Shown here in pieces: positions 26,150 through 35,972 of a stretch of DNA of 64,000 nt (positions are counted from its first letter, which is position 1; every line of letters starts with the position of its first letter). A program made the position numbers and the translations under genes. The DNA lies in the NCBI GenBank assembly GCA_965223855.1, contig CBDCXM010000009.1:640001-704000 (forward strand), in the 5' to 3' direction. The stretch is from Candidatus Multivoradales bacterium. GTDB taxonomy: Bacteria; Acidobacteriota; Thermoanaerobaculia; Multivoradales; JAHEKO01. The notes beneath the pieces were generated by a model, which was not told the DNA's origin, made no database searches, and saw only the letters and a program-made list of their open reading frames with translations.

Positions 26150-28777
26150 CTAGCCCTCTCCCTCTTCGCCCGCCTCGAACTCGATCGCCTCGAGCCCGCC
26201 ACGATAGAGAGCGTTGAAGAGCAGCTTGAAGGTCCTCAGCGGCTGTGCCCGATGCTGCGGCCGGAAGCCGAAGAGCACCACCCGGCCGTCGCCGACGCTG
26301 AACTCGACCATCGCCGCGCGCCGCTCGAGCTGGTCGATTCCGCGCACGTAGCCGGACACCTTGATGTCGTCGCGGTGATCGGGATAGCGAGCGATCACGC
26401 GGCGGTCGATCCCGCCGTGAGGCAGGCCGGTGCGAAACGCCGGCGACGAGGCGAAGTAACCCGCCTCCTCCTCTCGCAGGCCGTATCCGAGCGGGTGCTC
26501 GTTGTCGACGAGCAGGCGCAGCATCGTCCCCGGGGCGTAGAAGTCGTCGCGCGACACCCCTTCGAGCACGTCGGTCACCGGGAGCTGGAAGAGCTCGATG
26601 GCGTAGGCCGCCGAGGAGTCCATCGCCACCAGCGTGCCTCCCGCTTCGACCCAGGTACGCAGCGTCTCCGCCCCCTCCGGGCCCAGCCCGCCGTGATACT
26701 TCGGCGGCAGCTTCGACCAGAAGCGGCGCTGCTCCGCGCTCTCCGGCTCACCGGTGGCGAGAATCGACTTCGAGACATCGGGCAGCAGCACGACGTCGGC
26801 GCCCTGCCAGAGGCCGTCGCGAATCGCCTCGTTGGAGAGGTTGACGTAATCGAACTCGTACTGCTCGAGGACGTAGCGGGTCCAGCCCTCGTCCATGCTC
26901 GCCACCCAGGGTTTGTAGAGACCGACCTTCGGCGCGGCAACGCTCCAGCCGTCGCCCGCGGGAGCGGAGGTGAGCGGGGTCAGCGGCACCCGGAGCTCCG
27001 CGGCCAGCTCACGCAGCGCCCCGTCGTCTTCGCTGGCAGGGAACCAGACGTCTCCCGGGCTGCCGCCGTCGCCGGGATCGGAGATCCAGTAGACCTCCTC
27101 GCCGGCGGCAAGGCGCCGGTTCATCAACGGGAAGATCGAGTCGACCGCATGCGAGGCTCGATAGCCGTGCTCCGAAGGGGCGGTGTCGTGCGACGGCCAG
27201 TGAGCGGCCGTGACCTCGGTTCGAGCCCCCACCGGTTCGCTCGCCACCTCGTCGACTTCGACCCCCATGAGGATTGGCAGCGACCAGGCGGTGACGTCGT
27301 AGGGCGGGATGATCGGTCCGCCGACGTAGGGGAGCACCTCCGGATAGCGCTGCGGCCGCAGCATCGTGCGCAGGAACGCGTGGTAAGGCTGTGCCGCCGG
27401 GATCACGTGGGTGCCGGGTGGATAGGTCGTCCGTCCTACCGTGATCTCCTCCGCGGCCACCTCGACCCGGACACCATGTCGCAGCAGCAGCTCGACCAGC
27501 CGTCCGGCGGCAACCGGATCGTGCTGCTCCGGACGCACGATCCACGCACGCGCGTCGCTCTCGGCGCCGGCGGCCGCTGCCTCACTCGCCATGCGATGGA
27601 AGTTCTCGAGGATCTCGCGCCGGTACTGGGCGCTCGTCTCGACCGCCGCCCAGGTGGCGATCATCTCGTAGTCGATGATGTCGCGCAGCCTCCACCAGCC
27701 GCCCGGCCAGACCGACGGGAAGTTGGCGCGCCGCTTGTACTCAGGGAAACCCTTGCCGCCGCCGCGCAGCTCTCCCGGCTCGATGTAGATCGGGGTTGCG
27801 ATCCTCACACTCGCCACCTCTGTCAGCAGGCCGGTGACGTTCTTCCACCAGGCCGTGTTGCGGGTGCCGCCGGGCCAGTAGCTGTCGAAGATCATGTTGT
27901 GGCCGACGCCGGTCTTGCCCGCCTCCTCGAGACGGAACGACATGTTGGTGCCGATGAGATCCGCCTGGCGGAAGATCAGCGGGTGGATCTCCGGGTCGAG
28001 CGGATCGGTCTGCGGCGGCACGAACATCCGCGGCCCCGTCGAGCCCATCTGGTGCTCGTCGATGAAGATCTGCGGGAACCAGCGGTGGTAGAGCAGGTCG
28101 TTGACCGCCCGCGTTTCCGGCTGGGTCAGCATGTAGAAGTCGCGGTTGTTGTCGTGGCCGACGTAGTGGTGGTAGAGCCACGGCATCGGCCCGCCCTCGT
28201 AGTCGGTGCCGAGCTGCTCGTTGTACCAGTCGATGACCAGGAACTGGCCGTCGGGGTTGATCGACGGCACGAGCAGCAGGATGACGTCCTCCATCCACGA
28301 CACCCTCGCCGGGTCCTCGGTCGTCGCGAAGTCGTGGACGAACTCCATCGCCATCTGGGTGGCGCCGACCTCGGTCGCGTGGATGGTGCAGGTCACCAGC
28401 ACGATCGCCTTGCCGCTGGCGGCAAGCTCCGCCGCCTCTTCCGGAGTCGTGCGGTCGCCCGCGGCCATGCGGGCGGCGATCGCGCGGTAGGTGTCGAGCT
28501 CCCCCTGGTTGGCGGCCGACGTGAGCACGACGGCCACCATCTCGTTGCCGAGCACCGAGGTACCGATCGACTCGATCGACACTCGGTCGGAGGCGGCCTC
28601 GACCTCCCGCAGATACTCGAGAACGGTGTCGTAGCGCGCCAGTTGCCGGTCGGCGCCCACCGGGAAACCGAGGAACTCTTCGGGCGTGCGCAGCGTCTGC
28701 GCGCTGCTGCCGACGGGGGAACAGATCAGGGCGAAGAGAGCGATGCCGACGGCCGCGGCCGACCTTCGTTCGAGCAT
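26150..28777 (-). CDS. M14 family zinc carboxypeptidase, secreted
   Basis: IHATE, NPDG, HDNNRD and DEHQM motifs, C-terminal GATase-like region (DEGWTRYVLEQY), and GGAGG RBS. Confidence 0.9.
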   Translation of the reverse strand: MLERRSAAAVGIALFALICSPVGSSAQTLRTPEEFLGFPVGADRQLARYDTVLEYLREVEAASDRVSIESIGTSVLGNEMVAVVLTSAANQGELDTYRAIAARMAAGDRTTPEEAAELAASGKAIVLVTCTIHATEVGATQMAMEFVHDFATTEDPARVSWMEDVILLLVPSINPDGQFLVIDWYNEQLGTDYEGGPMPWLYHHYVGHDNNRDFYMLTQPETRAVNDLLYHRWFPQIFIDEHQMGSTGPRMFVPPQTDPLDPEIHPLIFRQADLIGTNMSFRLEEAGKTGVGHNMIFDSYWPGGTRNTAWWKNVTGLLTEVASVRIATPIYIEPGELRGGGKGFPEYKRRANFPSVWPGGWWRLRDIIDYEMIATWAAVETSAQYRREILENFHRMASEAAAAGAESDARAWIVRPEQHDPVAAGRLVELLLRHGVRVEVAAEEITVGRTTYPPGTHVIPAAQPYHAFLRTMLRPQRYPEVLPYVGGPIIPPYDVTAWSLPILMGVEVDEVASEPVGARTEVTAAHWPSHDTAPSEHGYRASHAVDSIFPLMNRRLAAGEEVYWISDPGDGGSPGDVWFPASEDDGALRELAAELRVPLTPLTSAPAGDGWSVAAPKVGLYKPWVASMDEGWTRYVLEQYEFDYVNLSNEAIRDGLWQGADVVLLPDVSKSILATGEPESAEQRRFWSKLPPKYHGGLGPEGAETLRTWVEAGGTLVAMDSSAAYAIELFQLPVTDVLEGVSRDDFYAPGTMLRLLVDNEHPLGYGLREEEAGYFASSPAFRTGLPHGGIDRRVIARYPDHRDDIKVSGYVRGIDQLERRAAMVEFSVGDGRVVLFGFRPQHRAQPLRTFKLLFNALYRGGLEAIEFEAGEEGEG

Positions 28778-28914
28778 GAAGCCTCCAGAGATGTCGCGGG
28801 CGCGGCGCCGCCTCACCATCGGTAGAGCCGCCGCCGCGCCCAGGGCTGCCTGTTGAATGGGATCATAGCGTGGCGCCACGGGCGGACCGTGCGCGGGCAG
28901 GAGAGCATCGGCCG

Positions 28915-29370
28915 ATGAGCGACGACTACACCAGCAGCAGCGAAGGTGCCCTGATCGTCGGGGCGATCGTAATACCGCGCGAGGAGGTCTCCTTCCGCAC
29001 CTCTCGCAGTTCCGGACCCGGCGGTCAGAACGTCAACAAGGTCGAAACGAAGGTGACCCTGCTGTTCGATCTTGCGGGCTCGGCGGCGCTGACGCGCGGC
29101 CAGAAGGAGCGCGTCGCCGCGAAGCTGGGAGGACGGATCAACCGCGACGGTGTCCTCCGCGTGTCGAGCCAGCGCCACCGGACCCAGAAGGGCAACCGCG
29201 CGGCCGTCGAGCAGCGCTTCGTCGAGCTGCTGACCGGAGCGCTCGCCAGGCCGAAGAGACGGCGGCCGACGAAGGTGCCGCGCGCCGCCCACGAGCGGCG
29301 GCTGGAGGAGAAGCGACGCCGCTCTCAGCGCAAGCGCGACCGCCGATCGCCGTCAGGCCGGAGCGACTGA
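28915..29370 (+). CDS. arfB: Alternative ribosome rescue factor B (peptidyl-tRNA hydrolase)
   Basis: RSSGPGGQNVNKVETKV motif and basic tail KRRRPTK...RLEEKRRRS. Confidence 0.93.
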   Translation: MSDDYTSSSEGALIVGAIVIPREEVSFRTSRSSGPGGQNVNKVETKVTLLFDLAGSAALTRGQKERVAAKLGGRINRDGVLRVSSQRHRTQKGNRAAVEQRFVELLTGALARPKRRRPTKVPRAAHERRLEEKRRRSQRKRDRRSPSGRSD

Positions 29371-30963
29371 CGCGGCTTCTTCCCGCGGCACCGTCGCGCC
29401 GGCGGCCGCCCTGACCAGGTCGGCGCCGTGCTCGGCGATCATCACCGTCGGTGCGTTGGTGTTGCCACGCACCACCGTCGGCATCACCGAGGCGTCGATC
29501 ACCCGCAGTCCATCGAGGCCTCGCACCGTCAGCGTCGGATCGACGACCGCACCGTTTCCATTTCCCATCCTGCAGGTTCCGACCGGGTGGTAGAGGAGCT
29601 CGGTCTTGCGTCGCAGGAAGTCGTCGATCTGCTCGTCGCTCTCGACCTCTCCGCCGGGGCGCCACTCCCCCTCGCAGTGATCGGCCAGAGGCGCGGTGGC
29701 GGCGATGCGGCGGGCGATCTTCACCCCCTCGCGCAGCACCGCGACGTCGCGATCGTCCCCGAGCTGGCCGGTGACGATTCGTGGAGGCGTGCGCGGGTCG
29801 GCATCCGCCAGACGAAGGTGACCCCGACTCCGGGGAGCGATCAGCGTCGGTGCGAGGGTGAACCCGTCGCCGGAGGTGTCGAGGGCGTGGTCCTCGAACA
29901 GCGCCGGCGCGAAGTGGAACTGGAGATCGGGCGCCGCGAGCCCGTCACGGCTGCGCACGAACCCTCCCGCCTCTGCGACGTTCGAGGTCAGCGGACCGCG
30001 ACGTGACAGCAGGAAGCGTCCGAGGTTGGGCAGCGATTCGGCACGCCGCAGCGTGCGGCACTTCGGGGTGTACCAGCCGACCGCGACCACCGGATGGTCG
30101 TGGAGGTTGGCGCCGACACCGGGGAGATCGACGGCGACCTCGAGGCCGAGTGCCTCGAGGTCGGCCGCCGGGCCGATTCCGGAGAGCAGCAGCAACTGCG
30201 GCGACTTGAGGGATCCGGCGGCAACGAGGACCTCCCGCCCGATCAGCACCGCCTCGGTGCGCCCGTGGCGCCGGTACTCGACCCCGACCGCGCGCCGGCC
30301 GTCGAGCAGGATGCGATCGACCTCCACTCCGGTGCGCACCGTGAGATTGGGGCGCCGCAGCGCCGGCTTGAGATAGGCGTCGGCAACGCTCCACCGCCGC
30401 CCGTCGAGCTGCGTCACCTGGTAGGTGCCGAAGCCTCCCTGCCGGGCACCGTTGAAGTCCTCGTTGGTGTCGTAACCGGCCGCCGCGGCGGACTCGATCA
30501 GCGCCGAAGACAGCGGGTGGGGTTCGCGGGCGTCCTCGACCACCAGCGGCCCTCCCTCGCCGTGGTACTCGTCACCGCCTCGCGCCTGCTTCTCGGCGCG
30601 CCGGAAGTACGGCAGCACTTCCTCGAAGCTCCACCCCGAGGCGCCCTCGCGAGCCCAGTCGTCGTAGTCGTTGCGATGGCCGCGAATGTAGATCATCGCG
30701 TTCATCGAGCTCGAACCGCCCAGCATCCGACCGCGTGGCATGTAGAGCGACCGTCCTGCCAGCTGCGGCTCGGCGGCGCCCCACAGATTCCAGTCGCGGC
30801 GGGTATGGAAGAGTTTCGAGAACGCGGCCGGCACCCGCACCTCCAGGCTGCGGTCGCTGCCACCCGCCTCGAGGACCAGCACCCTGCAATCCGGGTCCTC
30901 GGTCAGGCGACTGGCCAGCACGCATCCGGCGGAGCCGGCGCCGACGATCACGTAATCGAACAT
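29353..30963 (-). CDS. GMC oxidoreductase (choline/alcohol dehydrogenase-like)
   Basis: IVGAGSAGC, GRMLGGSSSMNAM, SPQLLLLSGIG, YHPVGTCRMG and GNTNAPT motifs. Confidence 0.93.
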   Translation of the reverse strand: MFDYVIVGAGSAGCVLASRLTEDPDCRVLVLEAGGSDRSLEVRVPAAFSKLFHTRRDWNLWGAAEPQLAGRSLYMPRGRMLGGSSSMNAMIYIRGHRNDYDDWAREGASGWSFEEVLPYFRRAEKQARGGDEYHGEGGPLVVEDAREPHPLSSALIESAAAAGYDTNEDFNGARQGGFGTYQVTQLDGRRWSVADAYLKPALRRPNLTVRTGVEVDRILLDGRRAVGVEYRRHGRTEAVLIGREVLVAAGSLKSPQLLLLSGIGPAADLEALGLEVAVDLPGVGANLHDHPVVAVGWYTPKCRTLRRAESLPNLGRFLLSRRGPLTSNVAEAGGFVRSRDGLAAPDLQFHFAPALFEDHALDTSGDGFTLAPTLIAPRSRGHLRLADADPRTPPRIVTGQLGDDRDVAVLREGVKIARRIAATAPLADHCEGEWRPGGEVESDEQIDDFLRRKTELLYHPVGTCRMGNGNGAVVDPTLTVRGLDGLRVIDASVMPTVVRGNTNAPTVMIAEHGADLVRAAAGATVPREEAASVAPA

Positions 30964-31014
30964 GCCTGGAGATCTTCTCACCTTCCGGCAGCGACTCGCC
31001 GGTAACCCGGCCCC

Positions 31015-33219
31015 CTACGTCGAGGGGAAGCCGTCGATCGTCAACGCGACCTCTCCTGGCGGCGCCGGCCTGCCGAGAAAGTACCCCTGGACCGCGTCGC
31101 AGCCGGCGGCAGCCAGGAAATCGAGCTGCGAGCGACGCTCCACTCCCTCGGCGACGACTTTGAGATCGAGGCTGCGGGCGAGGTTGATGACCGCTTCGAC
31201 GATCACGCTCTCGGTCTCTCCGCGGTCGCAGGACTCGATGAAGGTGCGATCGAGCTTGAGAGTGTCGATCGGCAGCCGGCTGAGCGAGCTCAGGGACGAA
31301 TGCCCGGTGCCGAAGTCGTCGAGAGCGACGCGGATTCCGAGCTCCTTCAGGCTCTCGATGGTCCGCACCCCGGCGTCGAGATCCCGCATCACGGAGCCCT
31401 CGGTGAGCTCGACCTCGAGCAGCTCCGGGGGCAGCTGAGCCTCTGTCAGACAGGCTCGGATGACGTCCACCAGCCCCCTCTGACGGAACTGCCGGGCGGA
31501 GATGTTGACAGCGATCCGGAACTCGTCGAGCCCTTCGTCGAGCCACGCCCGACGCTGGCGCAAGGCCGTCTCGAGAGCCCAGCGCCCGAGCGGTGCGATG
31601 AGCCCACACTCTTCCGCCGCCGACACGAACTCCAGCGGCTCGACGGGTGCGCCGTTGCGCGACCAGCGCAGGAGCCCCTCGACACAGGCGAGCTCCCCCG
31701 AGGACAGGCCGAAGATCGGCTGGTAGGCCATGGTGAAGGTCTCACTCTGGAGCGCCTCACGGATGTCGTTCTCAAGGTTCAGACGCTCGGCGGCATGCTC
31801 CCGCATCGACGGCGAAAAGATCTGGTAGCAGTCGCGACCGAGCTCCTTCGCCCGGTACAGCGCCGTGTCGGCGTTCCTGACGAGCGTGTCCGAGTCCACC
31901 CCGTCGTGCGGGAAGAGGCTGATACCGATGCTCGCCGTCACCTGCAAGGTCCGCTCCTCGATCTGGAACGGCGGCCTCAGCCCTTCGAGCGTGGTCTCGG
32001 CCACCTTGGCGGCGTTCTCGGCCGTGCCGAGATCCGACACCACCAGCATGAACTCGTCGCCGCCGAGTCGCGCCACCGTATCGCCCGACCGGGTGCGGGT
32101 CTCGAGCCTGCGACCGACTTCGCTCAGGAGCTGGTCGCCCACCACGTGGCCGAGGGTGTCGTTGATCGTCTTGAAACGATCGAGATCGATGAAGAAGACC
32201 CCCAGCAGCTCGTCGCCCCGCGCCGCCGATCCGAGCGCCTGATCGAGGCGGTCGTAGAGCAGCGTCCGGTTCGGCAGGCCGGTCAATCCGTCCCGGTAGG
32301 CGTGCAACCGGATGGCCTCTTCCGCCTTCTTCTGCTCGGTGACGTCGCGAAAGCTCCAGACCCGCCCCCCCTGATCGGTCGGCTGGGGCCGGGAATAGCG
32401 CTCGAAGACACGCCCGTCGCGAAACTCGAGGATGTCGAAGCTCTCCGTCTCATGATCGGCGTAGAGCTCACGGACCTTGGACAGGAAGGACTCCGGATAG
32501 ACGAGCTGCCCGAGCACATGCTGAATCGCCCGCTCGTCGTCGCGCGACTGCAGGATCTCGGGAGGGATCTTCCAAAGCTCGCGGAAGCGCTCGTTGAAAG
32601 CGCTGATCCGTCCCTCCCCGTCGACCACGAGAATGCCGTCGGCGGTCGAGTCGAGGGTCGCCCGCAACAGCGCGAGGGAGCGCTCGAGCTCCCTCGACGC
32701 CTCGACCTCCCGCGTCACGTTCCTGACGAGCGCCAGCAGTTGGCCGTCGTGCATCGGAACGATGCGCGCCTCCCAGGAGTGTTTCGCGCCGCCGATCGCA
32801 AGGTCGTACTGCAGGCGAACCATCGTCTCGCCGTCGCGCGAGCGACGCAGGGCGTCCCGAAAGAGGCCGGCGACCCCTTCGTCGGGCACCGACTGGATCC
32901 TGCGGCCGACGAGATCGGGAGCCGGCCTCATCAGATGGGCCTTCGGACTCCCCCGACACTCGACGATGCGACCGTCGGGCTCGAGCCGGAAGAACAGGTC
33001 GGGGAACGCCTGCAGGACCGCGCGGATCTGCGAGTTGGCCTCGAGCAGCTCCTCGGAGCTCAGATCGAAGGCTCGTTCGAGCATCGCCCTGTCGCCGTCG
33101 GCCTGGCGATAGGCGGAGTCGATCGAGTCGAGAAACGCCGCCCAGGCTTCCGGGATCTGGAAGTTGCGACCGAAGTGGCGGCGCAGTTGACGGGCCAGCA
33201 GTGCGTGGTGCGACTTCAC
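31015..33219 (-). CDS. PAS-PAS-GGDEF-EAL c-di-GMP enzyme
   Basis: DGLTGLPNR, RLGGDEF, EGLLRW, LDDFGTGHSSL and VVAEGVE motifs. N-terminal HALLARQLRR. Start approximate. Confidence 0.92.
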   Translation of the reverse strand: MKSHHALLARQLRRHFGRNFQIPEAWAAFLDSIDSAYRQADGDRAMLERAFDLSSEELLEANSQIRAVLQAFPDLFFRLEPDGRIVECRGSPKAHLMRPAPDLVGRRIQSVPDEGVAGLFRDALRRSRDGETMVRLQYDLAIGGAKHSWEARIVPMHDGQLLALVRNVTREVEASRELERSLALLRATLDSTADGILVVDGEGRISAFNERFRELWKIPPEILQSRDDERAIQHVLGQLVYPESFLSKVRELYADHETESFDILEFRDGRVFERYSRPQPTDQGGRVWSFRDVTEQKKAEEAIRLHAYRDGLTGLPNRTLLYDRLDQALGSAARGDELLGVFFIDLDRFKTINDTLGHVVGDQLLSEVGRRLETRTRSGDTVARLGGDEFMLVVSDLGTAENAAKVAETTLEGLRPPFQIEERTLQVTASIGISLFPHDGVDSDTLVRNADTALYRAKELGRDCYQIFSPSMREHAAERLNLENDIREALQSETFTMAYQPIFGLSSGELACVEGLLRWSRNGAPVEPLEFVSAAEECGLIAPLGRWALETALRQRRAWLDEGLDEFRIAVNISARQFRQRGLVDVIRACLTEAQLPPELLEVELTEGSVMRDLDAGVRTIESLKELGIRVALDDFGTGHSSLSSLSRLPIDTLKLDRTFIESCDRGETESVIVEAVINLARSLDLKVVAEGVERRSQLDFLAAAGCDAVQGYFLGRPAPPGEVALTIDGFPST

Positions 33220-33332
33220 CGGCGTCGGATCCCGCGGGCCGCGCCCGCCAGCGCGCCGAAGAGCGACGGAGTGGGGCAACCCGGTGGCTGGTACAACATG
33301 ACTTGACGGCCGGGGCTGAGGAGACGTCCCGG

Positions 33333-34469
33333 CTAGATCTCCCTCAGAGTCGTGATCGTCAGAGTCTGATTGTGGAGGTCGCAGGGCCCGGGCGCAAGAA
33401 GTGGCGAGATTTCGCCGTTCGAGTAGAAGCCGCAGAAGGCCGCCGACCCACCGATCACGTCGCGGGCGCTCTCGATCTCCTCTTCGACCCGCTGTTGCAG
33501 CACGAGCTTGCGGCCGATGCAACTGATGAGGATCGCGAGCTCGGCGGTATCGTCCCCTTCCAGGCGGGCCTTCCTCGCCGCCCCCACCGCGCCGTCGATC
33601 AGGCGGTCGAAGTTCGCCTTCATGAAGCGGGCGTACCCCCCCTGCGGAATGTTGCCGGCGAAGGTCATCGAGCCGCCTTCGTCGTCGATCGCGACGACGG
33701 TTCGCACGAGCGGCTCGCTCTCCCTCGAGGGCCGCACGCTCAGTGGAAAGAGGAGGCCGGAAGCAGGGAGCCGATCGGCGTAGTCGCCGAGGTAGCGCCT
33801 GTAGAGCTCCAGAGCGGAGCGACCGTCGAGCTCGAAGAGCTGGTTGCCTTCCGACGAGGTGACCAGCCGCTCCGGTCCGAAGGGATCCCAGCCGCCCAGC
33901 GACCCGAACCCGACGCTCAGGCGCGAGCCGTAGAAGCCGACCGCCGCCACCAGCCGGGTGCAGGCGCGGCCCTCGAACAGCACACGAGTTTCCTCCAGCC
34001 TGATGCCGTCGCTCGCGAGTCCGCCGGTGACGACGACCGACTCCGGCAACCGCTCGTTGAGCCCGCGCACCAGCTCAGAGCCGTTGATGTGGATGCCGTC
34101 GGAGAGCACCAGGACGTGCGTGAGGTCGGGCGACGCGAGCTGCTCGGCGAGTTCACGTCCGGCGAGGTGGCTGGTGGCGGGCTCGCAGATCGACGCGCTG
34201 GCGAGTCTCGCCTCGGTGTTCTCCAGGTAGATGGCCGAGACGACGAGGGTGTCGTCCCGAACCTGGTCACCGAGGATCTCGCCGGCGGTCGAGCAACCGA
34301 CGAGACTCTTCGAGCCGTAGACCCGCGCGAGCTCGTCGATGAGGTCGGAGCGCTCCAGCAGTCCTGTAGCACCGAACACGAGAGTCACGTCGGGGAGCCG
34401 CCCCTGGTGAGCGCAGGGCGGCGGGTTCCAGCCGCCATCCACCGACCAGCACGCTTGCATCACCTCCAT
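33333..34469 (-). CDS. FIST-domain signal transduction protein (NosP-like)
   Basis: GCSTAGEI, GGLASDG, ISCIGRK, GFYSNGEI and LHNQT motifs. Confidence 0.92.
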   Translation of the reverse strand: MEVMQACWSVDGGWNPPPCAHQGRLPDVTLVFGATGLLERSDLIDELARVYGSKSLVGCSTAGEILGDQVRDDTLVVSAIYLENTEARLASASICEPATSHLAGRELAEQLASPDLTHVLVLSDGIHINGSELVRGLNERLPESVVVTGGLASDGIRLEETRVLFEGRACTRLVAAVGFYGSRLSVGFGSLGGWDPFGPERLVTSSEGNQLFELDGRSALELYRRYLGDYADRLPASGLLFPLSVRPSRESEPLVRTVVAIDDEGGSMTFAGNIPQGGYARFMKANFDRLIDGAVGAARKARLEGDDTAELAILISCIGRKLVLQQRVEEEIESARDVIGGSAAFCGFYSNGEISPLLAPGPCDLHNQTLTITTLREI

Positions 34470-34583
34470 CACAACCCCTTCCGTCGCAATCCGCCGAAAA
34501 AACGGAGTGTATTGTGGCGGAAAACGGCACTCGTCGGCAAAGAGCCTTTCGTGCAGGTGCAAACAGGGCGAGCGGCAACCATG

Positions 34584-34609
34584 AAAAAAGCGGAGGTCGA
34601 AACCTCCGC
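34584..34609 (-). terminator. Rho-independent terminator after rpsU
   Basis: Minus strand GCGGAGGT-TTCG-ACCTCCGC-TTTTTT. Confidence 0.88.
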
Positions 34610-34636
34610 CTTTCGGACTGCTCGTTGAGCCGGATC

Positions 34637-34846
34637 TCAGGCGAGACCCATGCGCCGTTCTTCCGCGAGCTTGCGCATCATCTTCTTACGAGCCTGCGCC
34701 GCCTTGCGCTTGCGCTTGATCGACGGCTTCTCGTAGTACTGACGCTTCTTGAGCTCCGTCAGAACCCCGGACTTCTCGCACTTGCGCTTGAAGCGCCGCA
34801 GGGCTCCCTCGAAGTTCTCGTCCTCGCGAATAAAGACTACCGGCAC
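34637..34846 (-). CDS. rpsU: 30S ribosomal protein S21
   Basis: [31 protein letters not shown], with a GAGGTGA RBS. Confidence 0.97.
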   Translation of the reverse strand: MPVVFIREDENFEGALRRFKRKCEKSGVLTELKKRQYYEKPSIKRKRKAAQARKKMMRKLAEERRMGLA

Positions 34847-34921
34847 GGAAACATCACCTCACTCTCGTCTGCCGTGATTTCCTACCTGTGAAGGAGGGCC
34901 GCCGGAATCGGCGGGACGCGT

Positions 34922-34950
34922 ATTGTCCCCACCGACTCCAGGGGTGTCAA
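34922..34950 (-). promoter_or_regulatory. Sigma70-type promoter for rpsU
   Basis: TTGACA-N17-GACAAT on the minus strand. Confidence 0.6.
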
Positions 34951-35768
34951 GCGGCCTCTTCCTCCTCGGCCTTGCCTTCGACGGCTTCGAACTTCATCTG
35001 GTAGACCTTGGCCACGCCGTCGTCGTCCGGCCGGAACCAGACCGCCGCCGCCGCGCCGTTGTCCGCGGTCGGGTAGAACCAGGCGGTGACGCCGTTGTCG
35101 TCGTAGGTGCGGACGTTGTAGTGAAGGGGCGTACCGAGGGCGGCGCGGATCTCGGCCTCGGTCATGCCGTTCTGAGCGGCCTCGAACCGCTCCAGGCTCA
35201 TGAAACGCTCGGACTCGGCACTCGCCAGAGCCGCCTTGAGCGCATCGTTGTCGGGGTCGAGCACCAGCGCCTGGTTGTAGATCTGGATCGCCTTCTTGTA
35301 GTCGCCACCCTCGCTGATCCACTCCTTGGCGAGCTCCATGTCCTCGGTGCTCTTCATGCGGATCGCCGCGAGCTGGCGCTCGTTGATCGGTTCCCCTTCG
35401 ATCATCGGATCGGCGTTGAGAAAGCCGACGATGTTGGTACCGAACTGCTCCGCCATCGCGGCCACCTCTGCCTTGGCCTGCTCGACCTGGCCCGAAAGAT
35501 CCTCGCCGGCGGTCGCAGCGCCCTCTTCGCCCTCGGCGGTCGCCTCGTCCGTGCCCTCGGCGTCGGTCGCAGCGGCTGCGGCAGCCGCAGCCTGAGCGAC
35601 GAGGTCTGCGTACTCGGCACGCTTGGCGTCGAGCGCCGCCTTCTCGGCCTCCAGGGCCGCGAACTGCTCGTTGAGCGGATCGGCCGCCTCGCCACCGCAA
35701 GCGGCGAGCGAAAGCACCCCTGTCAGCGCCAGCGCCACGGCGACCAGCGTCTTCGCTTTGTCTCTCAT
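34947..35768 (-). CDS. Lipoprotein with TPR-like segment and C-terminal SmpA/OmlA (BamE-like) domain
   Basis: LAAC lipobox, YKKAIQIYNQALVLDPDN, and GMTEAEIRAALGTP...WFY. Confidence 0.7.
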   Translation of the reverse strand: MRDKAKTLVAVALALTGVLSLAACGGEAADPLNEQFAALEAEKAALDAKRAEYADLVAQAAAAAAAATDAEGTDEATAEGEEGAATAGEDLSGQVEQAKAEVAAMAEQFGTNIVGFLNADPMIEGEPINERQLAAIRMKSTEDMELAKEWISEGGDYKKAIQIYNQALVLDPDNDALKAALASAESERFMSLERFEAAQNGMTEAEIRAALGTPLHYNVRTYDDNGVTAWFYPTADNGAAAAVWFRPDDDGVAKVYQMKFEAVEGKAEEEEAA

Positions 35769-35896
35769 CGTCTTGCCTCCCTGGGAGCGTGCAAAGAGGC
35801 GTCAAACTACCACAGGGGTCGGAGACGACAAAACGCCGCGCCTTCGCGAGTTCGCCATAAACCCCTTGACTACAATGCTTTTCGCGTCCTGCTTCC

Positions 35897-35925
35897 TTGA
35901 CACACCCAGGGGGCTGCCTGATAAT
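35897..35925 (+). promoter_or_regulatory. Sigma70-type promoter
   Basis: TTGACA-N17-GATAAT upstream of ATG 35973. Confidence 0.6.
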
Positions 35926-35972
35926 CAACCGCCCCGAAACCGCCCGTGTGGCCTCCGGAGACGCTGCTCAAG

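Noticed and set aside
26129-28825. 898-aa antisense ORF over the M14 peptidase; similar long ones at 31300..33306, 56566..58362, 59488..61872 and 61442..63667
   Set aside because: These are shadow frames expected in high-GC DNA. They have no motifs, and the opposite strand carries recognisable genes.
28915-29370. Functional link between arfB and the RAPP leader
   Set aside because: They are 28 kb apart and arfB is a widespread housekeeping rescue factor; there is no evidence of a connection.
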